In this document: in pieces, positions 28,169 through 38,433 of the stretch | Layout of the letters: the number at the start of each line of letters is the position of its first letter | How positions within the stretch are numbered: the first letter of the stretch is position 1 | DNA from: Andalucia godoyi And28 | Taxonomy: Eukaryota > Protista > Jakobida | DNA: 64,000 nt | Assembly (NCBI GenBank): GCA_009859145.1 | Contig: VRVR01000039.1 | Location: forward strand, 128,284-192,283 | Direction: 5' to 3' | Position numbers and translations under genes: made by a program | The notes under the pieces: generated by a model | Database searches by the model: none | What the model was told of the DNA's origin: nothing | The model's input: the letters and a program-made list of their open reading frames with translations, nothing else

Positions 28169-30502
28169 TCACTGCCCTTTGGCGTTGGACAGGATGTTTC
28201 CGAGATTCAATTCAGCTCCGAGATCGCCGACGGGACGCGTTTTGGGCGCCTGCTGACAAAGACCAGAGTTATATCTCTTTCGCAGTTTGACCAACTCTAC
28301 CATGCCAATCACCAACCTTTCCCAGCGACCAACACACTCCTTTTCGCGCCTCTCTGTGGCTCTTTGCAGTCGCAGTTCTTCTGCCTTTTTGTATTCAATG
28401 AGCAGTTGTTCTTTGAATTCGGAACACACAACAATTCCTTCAATGCGCGGAACCGACCTACCTCCACGAACATCAAAGCCGGTCATCGCGGGAGCAAAGT
28501 CTAAACCAAGTTTTCTTGCGGTGATGCTTAAGCGCGGTAGGTTCAGTTGGACAGTGCCAATCGGTAAACAAGAAGGATTCCACACTTCGACATTGCCCCT
28601 CTCATTCTTTGGGACTTTTCCGTTTTCAGCCACTCCTGCTCGAAAGACATCAGTCTGCCAGGCACCGTACAGAAGAACATCTCCAGTGTTCCTGTTTGCA
28701 CGAGAGGCGACTGTTTTGGCAGGACGCGGAATCTCTTCAGCTCGAACCTGTCGTCCTTCCCGAATCCAGCGGGATTTAGTATGGAGCAAAGCCTTATCCG
28801 ACACGCGAAACACGGGTGCACCACGAAATACGCCCACGGTCCGAGCACTGGGAGGAATACATTCATACCGGGACAGGTGCTTTTCAAGAATATATGTCGG
28901 ATGACTCTTAAACGCGCTTTCAGAGGACGGAAGCGGCTCATTCTGCCTCGCAAACTCGAGCTGCGACACCTCATTCTTTGTAAAAATTGTATCATCCTGT
29001 TTGGCCGAAGCCTCAGATAGCAAGCGGACAACCTCTTCTTCGGCAAGTCTCCGCTGTGCAATGGCAGACCACTTGTTGCAGTATCTAGGACTTACGTCTA
29101 CGACAAAGCCATCTTCACTGGAGATGTAGTAGGAAAACTGATCGCTTTTCACCACCTCTTCTCCGCTATCCACTTTCTTGGGACACTTTTCTCGACGAGT
29201 CGCCGAAACTTGCGCATCATCCAGGACTATGGGAATCCACACATCATTGATGCTATCGTACACTTCGAGAACAACAATTTTCCAAATAGCAAACTCATTC
29301 TGGAATGCGGGATGCTCAAACTGTCGAGATATCGAGCCATGCACCGTTGTTGATATGCTAGAATTCTGACGTTTTGGAGCTTTCAAACTCTTGGCATCCG
29401 GCAAGCTCGGAAAGTAGAGTCTCGCATTCAAACCCGGAATCCACAGAGTTGACGTCATCGAAGGTCGCAATGGGTACGGTTCCACGGGGACCACTACCCT
29501 GCATCGGATCTTCAGCAATCGACAAAGACTGCAGAGCAGCACAACATCCTTTCTTGAAAACTGCTTGCAGAACTCACGTACTTCAGCAATTGTTGGGTGT
29601 GCATTCATATCCCAATCCTCTGGGAGCAAAGAAAAGGCAATGTTCTTGGTAAGATCATCATCAGCTTGGTTCGACAAACTCAGAGCAGAGTTGCAGGCCA
29701 CGAGAAGGTGGACAATATGCTGCAGTCGAGCCAGCTTGGCTTCGCGAGGAGTTATTCGTTTGACAGGCACACGACTTCTCTTCTTGATTGGCCCTTCCTC
29801 TGCAGAAATGTCTTCATTAACCGCTTCGCGCTCCAAGTCTTCTTCTCCATGTTTTTGCACACTGGCACTCGTACCAAGACGATGCTCGACAAGATCGTAC
29901 ACAGAGAATCCTTTGGAAGACGGCTGTTGTGGATGTTCATCCCATTCCTCATCATCATCTTCATTTGTGGCGCGCAGATCCTCATCGCAGGCCTCTGTCC
30001 TGTGTTCGTAATCCGGAACAGGGAAGCGCTCCCCGCTGTGCTCACCTTCCAGGACAGCCAAGTGTCCCAAAGCGGAAGATGACTCTTCGATAGTTCGTCT
30101 TCGGCTAGCAACTTTTGATTCTTTCCGTCTGCTGTCCGCCACCAGTCGCGACTCCCCTTTTCTCTTGTTCAGGACATGGGACATCTGCAACGAACTCGCC
30201 TCAATAAGGGTGTCCAACTGGTCGGATTGGACCGCAGAGGAACCAGGGGCTTTTGGTACCACAGGAGGAATGCCAATCTTTGGGTTTCTCTTAATTGTGT
30301 CCGCAGCACGGTCAACGGACGGCTCTTCGTTGCGTGTTGGCGATGTCGACTGCAGCAGCTGCGGTCCTTTCGGCATCGTCCGACGCCTTTTTTTGGGAAT
30401 CGGTTCTTCGTACTCCTCTCCCGACGACAACAATTCGTCCGTGTCAAAGTCGTCATCGCTTGGCTTTCGACGATCCTTCTTCCTCGAGTCCTTTCGCACC
30501 AT
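28169..30502 (-). CDS. XPC: nucleotide-excision repair damage sensor XPC/Rad4
   Basis: HIVHLLVA, DVSPRYCNKW, EPLPSSESAFKSHPTYILEKHLSRYE, LYGAWQT, VPKNERGNVEVW and APAMTGFDVRGGRSVPRIEGIVV (BHD1-3). Confidence 0.95.
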   Translation of the reverse strand: MVRKDSRKKDRRKPSDDDFDTDELLSSGEEYEEPIPKKRRRTMPKGPQLLQSTSPTRNEEPSVDRAADTIKRNPKIGIPPVVPKAPGSSAVQSDQLDTLIEASSLQMSHVLNKRKGESRLVADSRRKESKVASRRRTIEESSSALGHLAVLEGEHSGERFPVPDYEHRTEACDEDLRATNEDDDEEWDEHPQQPSSKGFSVYDLVEHRLGTSASVQKHGEEDLEREAVNEDISAEEGPIKKRSRVPVKRITPREAKLARLQHIVHLLVACNSALSLSNQADDDLTKNIAFSLLPEDWDMNAHPTIAEVREFCKQFSRKDVVLLCSLCRLLKIRCRVVVPVEPYPLRPSMTSTLWIPGLNARLYFPSLPDAKSLKAPKRQNSSISTTVHGSISRQFEHPAFQNEFAIWKIVVLEVYDSINDVWIPIVLDDAQVSATRREKCPKKVDSGEEVVKSDQFSYYISSEDGFVVDVSPRYCNKWSAIAQRRLAEEEVVRLLSEASAKQDDTIFTKNEVSQLEFARQNEPLPSSESAFKSHPTYILEKHLSRYECIPPSARTVGVFRGAPVFRVSDKALLHTKSRWIREGRQVRAEEIPRPAKTVASRANRNTGDVLLYGAWQTDVFRAGVAENGKVPKNERGNVEVWNPSCLPIGTVQLNLPRLSITARKLGLDFAPAMTGFDVRGGRSVPRIEGIVVCSEFKEQLLIEYKKAEELRLQRATERREKECVGRWERLVIGMVELVKLRKRYNSGLCQQAPKTRPVGDLGAELNLGNILSNAKGQ

Positions 30503-30720
30503 TGCTATTGTTATTGTGTTTTTGTCAATTTTGCCGATTTTGCCGGTTATTCTGCAAATGACAAGGATGCAGGTTTCTCAATCTACAAACTTGAGAAAGT
30601 CGAATCTTTATTCTTCCATTCTTCGGCGTTTTGATCCAGATTTCCTCACCTACACGAGTTTTCGTTGAGGCACTGTAGTTGCCAGACACAACTCGCGCAA
30701 CAGGGATCTCGTGTCTGCCG

Positions 30721-31344
30721 TTAGCAGGATGTGTTTTGCCGAATGGCTGTGATCATGTCTGCAACGGCGCTCCAGGAATGCGCACGAATAACGCTTTCAT
30801 GTGTCTCGGCTTTGTTCCAACCATATCGGCCGTCCCAGTCAAATAAGATGGTTTGGATTCCAACTGCTGCACACTGGTTTGCATACCGAACGTTATCGTC
30901 AATCAAGACTTTTGCGCCAACGGACAGACAAAGTTCGCTCTTTGGAATGGATTTTCCCGTCTGGCTATAGTGGTTGCCAAACAGAACTTGCGTGAATAAG
31001 TCTGGAAAATGCTCGTTGAGCCATCTTCGTGTCTCCGCTTCAACGATGTTTTGACGAGCGGTCACAACGACCAAATTACAGCCGCTGTTCTTCAGATTCT
31101 GCAGCACTTGCAAAGAACCAGGAACAGGCTCGATTTTCTGAAAGTCTTCTGATTGGAAAAACTGCAGCACCTTCTCCGACGATTGCTCCGCTGTCCCGCC
31201 CCACACATTCATAAAGTCATACGAAAAGAAATCATCCAAACTCAAATTGGAACCAAACAACTTGTTGTGAAACCTGCACAGAGCCTCCACAAACTGCCCC
31301 AGAACTTCGTCCAGATCCACAGCAACAGTAAACTCGTGTCGCAT
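30721..31344 (-). CDS. 5'(3')-deoxyribonucleotidase-like HAD phosphatase (NT5C family)
   Basis: AVDLDEVL motif I, VVTARQ motif II, K and LIDDN motif IV; ATG at 31344 (track start is a GTG). Confidence 0.85.
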   Translation of the reverse strand: MRHEFTVAVDLDEVLGQFVEALCRFHNKLFGSNLSLDDFFSYDFMNVWGGTAEQSSEKVLQFFQSEDFQKIEPVPGSLQVLQNLKNSGCNLVVVTARQNIVEAETRRWLNEHFPDLFTQVLFGNHYSQTGKSIPKSELCLSVGAKVLIDDNVRYANQCAAVGIQTILFDWDGRYGWNKAETHESVIRAHSWSAVADMITAIRQNTSC

Positions 31345-31779
31345 CAAAAAAACAATCCTTTTTTCAGATATAATAAAGAATAACAATACCACTCGCTGCT
31401 CCCGGCCTCTTTCGCCTATTTTTTTTCTTTCCCTTTCATTTGCTGTTCTCCTGGATTTTCCCGGACTTTCAGCGAAGAAGCCCGCTTACCCTGATAAGGT
31501 GTCGCCATCTGTCGACTTGCGGGATCCCCCCCGATTTGGAAAGAGAGAACTGTTTTTGTCCGTCTTTTTGGAGTTTGGACAATGACGACTCTTCATCATA
31601 TCGCACGGATTTATTCGCTATCAGATCGACTTTGGCGTCCGCCTTCACCGTTCCCCCTACCTCCCGAATTCAAGGATACGATTGCGAAAAGGGCCTGTAC
31701 AGAATCGATACAAGCACTCGTAGTATCATTTTTTGGAATTGTTGCTTGTTGCTGATTTTTTTAAAACCTTAAATTTTGG

Positions 31780-32127
31780 ATGTCGATTGCGAGGAATCTG
31801 CTGTCGTGCATCTCTTCATTAGATGCGCATCATGCTGTTCTGAGTGCAGAAATGCACCAAATCAAAGAAGATGTTGCGAGACTGGAGCGGCTATCGGAGA
31901 AGTACAGGCTGCGCAAAACAAAAAAGGCAAATCGGATGCTCGGCGCCCTGTTGGATGAGAAGGAGCAGCTGAAACGTGAAATCGAAATCCAGATCGATCT
32001 CTTTTCCTTGCATTTGGATTCGGGTGTCAAGATTGCAAAGCGCTTGGATGTTTCTTGTGGAGCCGCAGTGCTTTCAGGAGGAGTGATCGATGCAGAAAGC
32101 AGCATCCTTGCTCACCAGTCCCTGTAA
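31780..32127 (+). CDS. small coiled-coil hypothetical protein (may have an upstream exon)
   Basis: 115-aa ATG ORF with heptad character (AEMHQIKEDVARLERLSEKY...LLDEKEQLKREIE). Confidence 0.45.
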   Translation: MSIARNLLSCISSLDAHHAVLSAEMHQIKEDVARLERLSEKYRLRKTKKANRMLGALLDEKEQLKREIEIQIDLFSLHLDSGVKIAKRLDVSCGAAVLSGGVIDAESSILAHQSL

Positions 32128-32714
32128 AAAGCCCTGAGTGCGCGTGTTTGCGTTATCATGGACTTATCGTGCAGCAACCAATGGTTTCCCCCCGTCTCTG
32201 CTTCCGTGTTCAAGCCGTCTCAAACTGTCTTGTCTTTTTCCGGTATTCTTTTTATATTATTTTTACCATACGTCAAACATCCAAAAGGGCGCTTCCATAA
32301 ACTTGAAATCAGAGAATTCGAGACTTCTTCCGTCTCCGTTGTTTCCTTCTCAATCCCGTCTCCTGCATCCGTTCCCCACTTCTGTTTGTGGTCCCTCTGC
32401 TGGTGCTTCTTCGGACGATGCAGTCTTTGAGCCTGTCAAAAAGGAAACCGCGTCCCCGAGATTATCGAAATACGTGCGTGCATATCCCGAGTGGCAAGGG
32501 CACGTTCCTGGCACCGAAGAAGTGGACTCTGGCCAGGATGAGCAAACTGTTTCCAGATGATCATGATGGAGATGACACGATGAAGAGTGCAGAGTGATGC
32601 AGTCTCCTCCTCTCCCCAGGAATCATCTTTGTTATCTTTTGTTTTGTTTTAGTTTTGTAAATTCTGCGAGTCAGTTTAATTTTTAAAAAAAAATACATCA
32701 TTCTTAGATCATGT

Positions 32715-32740
32715 TCTCTCTCTCTCTCTCTCTCTCTCTC
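32715..32740. repeat. (TC)13 microsatellite
   Basis: Read directly. Confidence 0.9.
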
Positions 32741-33229
32741 CCTCTCTTTCTTTACCCTCATACTGTTTAATTTAAAAAATTAAAAAAACCAAAACGCGAA
32801 GAGTTGGACTTACGATTTTGAACTGTGCACCCGCGACATTCCGTGAATGTTTCCCGGATTCTTTGCTTTTATAACCCTCCAACCCAAACGTCTGGTGGAC
32901 GGCTGTGAATACCATCGGATAGTATGGCTGAAGGTGTGCAGGTCGAGGCCCAATGAGACACTCTCGAATACTGACAGCCGATTTCCTTGTTGCGGATTGT
33001 AAAAAAGTCCCTTTACGCCAAATAATCTGTTTGAGGCACGGCATGCGAGACAAATGTTCTCTAATGTCGATCCTGCTGGCCAGTTTCGCCTCCTTTCTCA
33101 GAACCGCATTTCGTTCTTTCGTTTTTGCTCTTTTGTTTTTGTTTTATTTTGTTTTGTTTTGCTATAAACACGGATTTGTGTTTTGCTTGTTGGTTTCATA
33201 ACTCAGGGCGCAAGTCTAGTCTGCTTAGG

Positions 33230-33472
33230 ATGAGAATCGGAACGTTGGAAGTGCCACCGGGGTTGCTTAGAAGGACAACACGACGCATTAAACCGACTTG
33301 TGCAGGCGAAATGCTTGCGTTCCTCGCATCGCTCAAGCGAAACGGATTCGATGACACAAAGTGCGCCATGGAGAAACAGTCGCTGCAAGACTGTATGAAG
33401 AATCTCCAGTCCAAAGCCAAACCAGCAAATACCTTGAATTTCCATCTCCAACGCCTTGCCAAGAAGGTTTAG
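33230..33472 (+). CDS. CHCHD1: mitoribosomal small-subunit protein mS37 (CHCHD1/Mrp10-like)
   Basis: PTCAGEMLAFLASL..DDTKCAMEKQSLQDCM and LNFHLQRL resemble plant-type mS37. A candidate acceptor (ACTCAG at ~33206) suggests a short upstream exon giving an ..GRK.. N-terminus. Confidence 0.75.
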   Translation: MRIGTLEVPPGLLRRTTRRIKPTCAGEMLAFLASLKRNGFDDTKCAMEKQSLQDCMKNLQSKAKPANTLNFHLQRLAKKV

Positions 33473-33931
33473 TTTATATATTCCTTGTGCCCCGCTTCTC
33501 CATGGATAATGGTTTTCAAAAAACGAACAGACAAAAGCGTTCTTACTTTTAAAAGGATTAATCTAGGTTTTTTTTAATTTAAAATTTAAATTTCAAATCA
33601 TGGTTTTTAATTGTTCGTCTCGGCGTAAACAATGCTGTTGTCGCCTTCCAACACCAGCCCCGCTCAATCCCACGCAAGGCGCACGTCCAGAATGACCAAT
33701 CGAAGACGACGGTCTTCAAAGGGCGTCGCAACTGGCAAGCAGCACGATCTAGTGTCACAACGGCTATTCTCCACGTCTTTTGAAACCGCCGATATCTCAA
33801 GCACTTCCGACAGGAAACAATGTACGGGAAAATGTGTGAAACTTTCCGTGTTTGCCAATTGTCCCTGCAAATAATAAATAAATAAAAATCTTCGTGGTTG
33901 CGGACACAACAGGAATTCTTCGCACGGGATG

Positions 33932-35683
33932 TTACATGTATCCAGCTCCTTCAAAAAGTGCAAGGACTTGTTCCGATCTCCGCTGAGGATCTCCGAGAAT
34001 GGCGACGGAGATGCCTGGGTCAAGACACTCTGCAAGAGACAAAAACAGCGCAAAGTCGTCCTCCGATTCGAGCGCCAAGTCGCTCCGAAGCAGCCTGAGA
34101 GCCGAGTCACGTAACCCCTCTCGAATCGACGGCGCAAACAGCGGCGAGAACGGATTCGGGGTTGAGGAGGACGTGACAGATAACGGGGTCTGCACTGCAG
34201 ATGAGTGCTGAGAGTCGTCGAATGCATCGAAGCGATGTGCTCCATCTCGGTCCCACATGTAAAACACAATCTCCATGGCACGCCTCCGAATAAGTCGAAA
34301 GCTATCGCGAATGAACGTCGGTCGGATGTGATCAGGAATCTGAAAGATTGAATCTACAAGACGGGACACGACAGGGGCAGGTTTCGTCAACTTTGACCAA
34401 GTCAGGGAAACTTGTAACGGTTTTCGGGTACTGAGCAGCAGCCATGGCGGGGATACTGCGTGCTTGGAAGGAAGATCCTTCAGCAGCGGTTCTTTTGCAG
34501 GCAGCTCAAGAAGAGGGGGTTCGATCGCCATCAATCGCAACACATCTGTAAAGAAGCCATGTCGAAGAACGTTGTAGTCATTCAGCGACTTGATACGCTT
34601 CACTCGTCGACGAATCAAGTCCACAACAGCGACGGGAAATGGAGAATGAAGAAGGAAGATGTCCATTCGAGAAAACGAAGTCTTGCCGCGATACACATCT
34701 GCGTCTGCATTGCCCACAAAGTAGTTGGACGAAGACGAAACAGACGCCATATCGCTGTCGTCTTCCAACGCCACGCCATGGAGCTTTTCTAGCGCTTCTG
34801 CAGCACTTTTGTGCGGGACGCTGATGCCTTGCAAGTACAGGCCAGGGACAAACATTCGTCCTGGCGTAGCAGAACTGATCGCGTTTCTTTGGTCATCCGT
34901 GAACAGCGCCAGCGTGCCAATCATCCTGCAAATATCCTGCATATCATCGCCAATGACGACAGTTGCACACTGCGACTGCAGATGAGCGCAAATGCACTTT
35001 GCCAAAAAGTCTCGCTGGATTTGATTGGTATGCGGAGACAAGTTGGCGAGTTTCTCTGGAAGATTCGTCGAAAACCACGACTGCTCGATGCAGGGAACAA
35101 TGCTTGACGTCAGCCACGCACTGAAGTCAATTGCAAACTGAGAAAGATGCGGGAAAAACGCCCTAACAGCGAGCGAAAGCCCCCAAATCAAGTTGGCTTG
35201 GAGAACGAGCGAGAGCGTCAGCATCCGATCTTCCAGCACAAGCAAAAGCTTCTGAAGCCGCGGCAGTGCTTCGCTGCGGAACACCACAGAAAACGCGAAC
35301 AGGGTGGCGTCATCTTTCAGATCATCGTGGCCATCACCGCTGTATGCAAAACTAGAAGAATCTCCAGAGTGAAGCCCATGACCACGAAACACAAATGACA
35401 ACACGACAATGTCCCACGCTGGCATGACGTTCATCTTGAACTCCGGAGAGTGCACTCGGTCAATTCGACTGACTTCCTCCATCAGCGAATGCCGTCCAAC
35501 AGCTACAAACGCTGCGTCTGGAATCGCATACCGCGTCTTCCACACGTGCGCGACACGCGGTCCCAGAACGTCGTCCCACACCGTCACCTGTGCAGCACAC
35601 ACCGTTCCGAGATCGCAATTTTCAGATGCAGAATCCAAAAGCGGCAAAGTCGATGCACTGCCAGGCCCTCGACTTCCCTCCAT
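33932..35683 (-). CDS. C9orf72: C9orf72 homologue (longin/DENN-fold protein)
   Basis: TVWDDVLGPRVAHVW, GRHSLMEEV, EFKMNV..DIVVLSFVF, FLAKCICAHLQSQCATVVIG and LYLQG match C9orf72 conserved blocks. Confidence 0.85.
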   Translation of the reverse strand: MEGSRGPGSASTLPLLDSASENCDLGTVCAAQVTVWDDVLGPRVAHVWKTRYAIPDAAFVAVGRHSLMEEVSRIDRVHSPEFKMNVMPAWDIVVLSFVFRGHGLHSGDSSSFAYSGDGHDDLKDDATLFAFSVVFRSEALPRLQKLLLVLEDRMLTLSLVLQANLIWGLSLAVRAFFPHLSQFAIDFSAWLTSSIVPCIEQSWFSTNLPEKLANLSPHTNQIQRDFLAKCICAHLQSQCATVVIGDDMQDICRMIGTLALFTDDQRNAISSATPGRMFVPGLYLQGISVPHKSAAEALEKLHGVALEDDSDMASVSSSSNYFVGNADADVYRGKTSFSRMDIFLLHSPFPVAVVDLIRRRVKRIKSLNDYNVLRHGFFTDVLRLMAIEPPLLELPAKEPLLKDLPSKHAVSPPWLLLSTRKPLQVSLTWSKLTKPAPVVSRLVDSIFQIPDHIRPTFIRDSFRLIRRRAMEIVFYMWDRDGAHRFDAFDDSQHSSAVQTPLSVTSSSTPNPFSPLFAPSIREGLRDSALRLLRSDLALESEDDFALFLSLAECLDPGISVAILGDPQRRSEQVLALFEGAGYM

Positions 35684-36009
35684 GCTTTTGTTTCAGAAGA
35701 CCAAACCTATACAAACATGCGCAATCAACGCAACAACAGACAAACGATGATGACGTAAAAAAAAACGAGCCGATGAATAATGACACGTCATTATCATGCA
35801 TACGGAAGGAAGTATACATACACAGACACGGTCAAATACTGGCCGACACTGGCACGCTTGTTTCACTGGGAATTCGTGCTTACGCACGCTCGGCCAAAAT
35901 TCAGCCGGTGACACAGGCTCCGCATTTTCGACACTCTTTAGCGCAGCATCCGTAGCCATCTATTCTATCATTCTTTGGTTCCGCTTTATTAATTCAAATA
36001 TGGGCGTGA

Positions 36010-36398
36010 GCGCGCTGGGACGACGCATTCGCCTACGCCTACGTCGCTCGATACAGGGCCTCCTAGGTCCCGCAGACCTCCTAAGAGACCACATGTCACT
36101 ACGCCTACCGCCTCTTCCTCTCGTATCTCCAGTTGCATCAATCGCGCTGCAACTGAGGACACGAAAGCGCCTGCTGCTGCTAGGGCCGTCAGAATCAAAA
36201 TGCACCCTTCTCAGGAACCACGTGTCACGCTGAGAAAGTGGCTCACCGATTGATCGAGATTGGGAACGGAGCGCGGAGCATTTATCTGAAGAACGCCAGC
36301 AAGGCTTGTCGGGGGCCTATCCCCTTCCCGGCAACGGGATGGAAGACTGAGTATGCATGTCTATTCGTAGATATGCATGTTCAGTGTATAAAGTAGGC
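36010..36398 (+). mobile_element. degenerate Fanzor2/IS607-TnpB relic A with omegaRNA-like 3' end
   Basis: Frameshifted remnants TEDTKA/CCC*G.QNQN..TCHAEK/GSPIDRDW/NGARSIYLK correspond to the zinc finger plus RuvC-III DRDxNGARNI. Structured 3' region follows. The left boundary is uncertain. Confidence 0.7.
36300..36398 (+). ncRNA. putative Fanzor omegaRNA scaffold A
   Basis: Hairpins TCCCG-GCAA-CGGGA (36326-36339) and ATGCATGTCTA-TTCG-TAGATATGCAT (36353-36378); terminal 23-mer shared with copy B. Confidence 0.5.
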
Positions 36399-36561
36399 GT
36401 TCTTTTCGTTTTATTCCTTCTTCCTCCCACCGGATTTTTTTTAGACGGGAAAAAAGAGAATGCGCTGCTCTATGATTTTTCGACGTTCCCTGCCGGCCAG
36501 ACTGGTTTCTGGGGCAGCCACTTTCCTCCAGCCAAGTGCACCTGTTGTTTCTCCTTTTTCT

Positions 36562-36562
<1 letters not shown>

Positions 36563-36596
<34 letters not shown>
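36563..36596. repeat. (GT)17 microsatellite
   Basis: Read directly. Confidence 0.92.
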
Positions 36597-36598
<2 letters not shown>

Positions 36599-36918
36599 CG
36601 TACTGTCGTCGCTGGGTGCATGCTGCGGACGTGCGGTCGTTGCGCTGTCTCCTTCATTGTTCACAATCTAATTTGTTGATTGCCCTCCCCCCTCCCTCCT
36701 GTCATATTCCAACACAAGGTTTTCGGTGGGATATATGCATCTTTTAAATAAAAAAAAAATCAAAACAAAACAACAAATGCGATAGTGATGCCCTTTCCAG
36801 TTAACGTGTCCTGCAGACACCATCAGGTGAATATGATGGTGATACGTAGATGTGTGTCATTCGTTCAGCAGTTTTTACAGATATGCCTGTGGGTAGTCCG
36901 GATGCATACAGTACAATG

Positions 36919-38433
36919 CTATCGAGCGCGATACTTCACTCGGAACGGAACTCCGAAAAGATCAAACTCGGTGCGAATCTTCGCAGCAAACCATCGCTGC
37001 CACGACTCATCTGGTTCAGTACGACACCACGCTACAAAGGTCGGCGGGCGAGAACGAGCTTGTGTCACGTACTTCACAAGGCCTTCTGTTTCGAGTCGAT
37101 GAGCCTCGACAAAGCGGTTCAATTTTGCTGTCGGAATCCTGGAGTTCCATCGATCATACACACGGACTGCTCGTCGAAGAAGCTTCAAGCATCCATCACC
37201 ACGTTTAGCGGAAATGCCAACCACAGGAAGGCCTTCGCCAAAGAAGTGCTCCATATACATTGTAATAGACTTGACGACAAGCGGGTCCACCTGGTCTACC
37301 TTGTTGATGGCAACAACGAAAGCCCGCCCTTCTTCCATAACCCGAGATAGTATGGTGTAGTCTTCTCGCAACGCATTTGGAGCATGCATCTTGGAAGCCT
37401 CGGTGGCATCGATCATAAGAACACACAAGTTTGCGTATGAAATGGCTCGTTTTGCGTCTTCATCGGCGAGTTCGGCGGGCCGCGTCCCGTCTCTCTTGGC
37501 GGCTCTCCGGAGCCCGGCAGTATCAATAGCAATGATTTCTCTTGTCGAAAAACTCTTATCGGGGTCCTCGAAAACACACGGAACTTCGATTGCGTCTCGC
37601 GTTAGACCGGGAGTAGGACCAGCGAGCACGCGCTCTTCTCCCAAGAATTGGTTCAGTAATGTTGATTTTCCAGAATTCGGTCTTCCGACGATGGCCAGCC
37701 GGATCGGGCTTTGTTTTTCTGCTGCCGATTGATCTTTGTCTGTCAGCGACTCGACAACAGATTCATCGCTCAGCTTTGGCGGATTCTGAACAGAAACATC
37801 CGATGGCCCCGACACGTCAACATCAAGCAGCGGGACGTCGATATCCCTATGTTTTGCATCTCCAGTCAGCTGCTGACCCGGACTTGGGTCGAGAATCTCT
37901 CTCAAGCAGGGAAATAGGTCCGTTGTGATCCCCAAGGCATGCTCAGCACTCACGAAAACGGGAACGGGGTGCTGCATCCCACCGATGAGAGTATCGCTGG
38001 ATTCCATCTTCACTGCCTGCGGATTCTCGCACTTGTTCACGACCCACAGCATTTCGCCTCTCTTATTCGAGCCTTTCTTCGCCAGCTTTTTCTGTACGTA
38101 TTTTGCCCATTCCCTGTCTTCCTCAAGAAGCCCCGTGCGGCCATCTGTGACCAGCAGCGCCACCGCAGAGTCCTCAATGGACTGCTGGGTCGTAAATGAA
38201 ACATCATTGGGCGGTTGATCCGCTCCAGGAGTATCCGTAAGAAGAAAGTGCAAATGGCCAAATGACACACCGGTCTCTTTGGCATCCCGCGTCGTCCCTG
38301 CAGTTTTGTCCACGATTGCAAATTTTCCGTTTTGCGCAAGCTTGTTGAACAGCGTGGATTTCCCCACGTTAGATCGCCCAACTACCGTCACACGCGGCAG
38401 CTTTGGAATTAGGCGTCGGAGCAACGAAGTCAT
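36919..38433 (-). CDS. der: ribosome-biogenesis double GTPase Der/EngA, probably mitochondrial
   Basis: Two G-domains (GRSNVGKSTLFN, GTTRD, DTPG; GRPNSGKSTLLN, GLTRDAI, DTAG, NKVD) and a KH-like C-terminus (TQARSRPPTFV...GVPFRV). First ATG 38433; the frame is open to a GTG at 38577, so the true start is uncertain. Confidence 0.93.
   Translation of the reverse strand: MTSLLRRLIPKLPRVTVVGRSNVGKSTLFNKLAQNGKFAIVDKTAGTTRDAKETGVSFGHLHFLLTDTPGADQPPNDVSFTTQQSIEDSAVALLVTDGRTGLLEEDREWAKYVQKKLAKKGSNKRGEMLWVVNKCENPQAVKMESSDTLIGGMQHPVPVFVSAEHALGITTDLFPCLREILDPSPGQQLTGDAKHRDIDVPLLDVDVSGPSDVSVQNPPKLSDESVVESLTDKDQSAAEKQSPIRLAIVGRPNSGKSTLLNQFLGEERVLAGPTPGLTRDAIEVPCVFEDPDKSFSTREIIAIDTAGLRRAAKRDGTRPAELADEDAKRAISYANLCVLMIDATEASKMHAPNALREDYTILSRVMEEGRAFVVAINKVDQVDPLVVKSITMYMEHFFGEGLPVVGISAKRGDGCLKLLRRAVRVYDRWNSRIPTAKLNRFVEAHRLETEGLVKYVTQARSRPPTFVAWCRTEPDESWQRWFAAKIRTEFDLFGVPFRVKYRAR

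Noticed and set aside
32300-33110. Possible spliced minus-strand gene (open frame ending TTCAAAATC|GTAAGT at ~32810)
   Set aside because: Strong donor, but no in-frame acceptor or start could be fixed and no homology was recognised, so it is left unannotated.
90-35683. Apparent endolysosomal/mTORC1 gene cluster (CHMP5, PIP5K, WDR59, C9orf72, AOAH)
   Set aside because: The genes are scattered among unrelated ones in mixed orientation; chance co-occurrence in a compact genome is sufficient.
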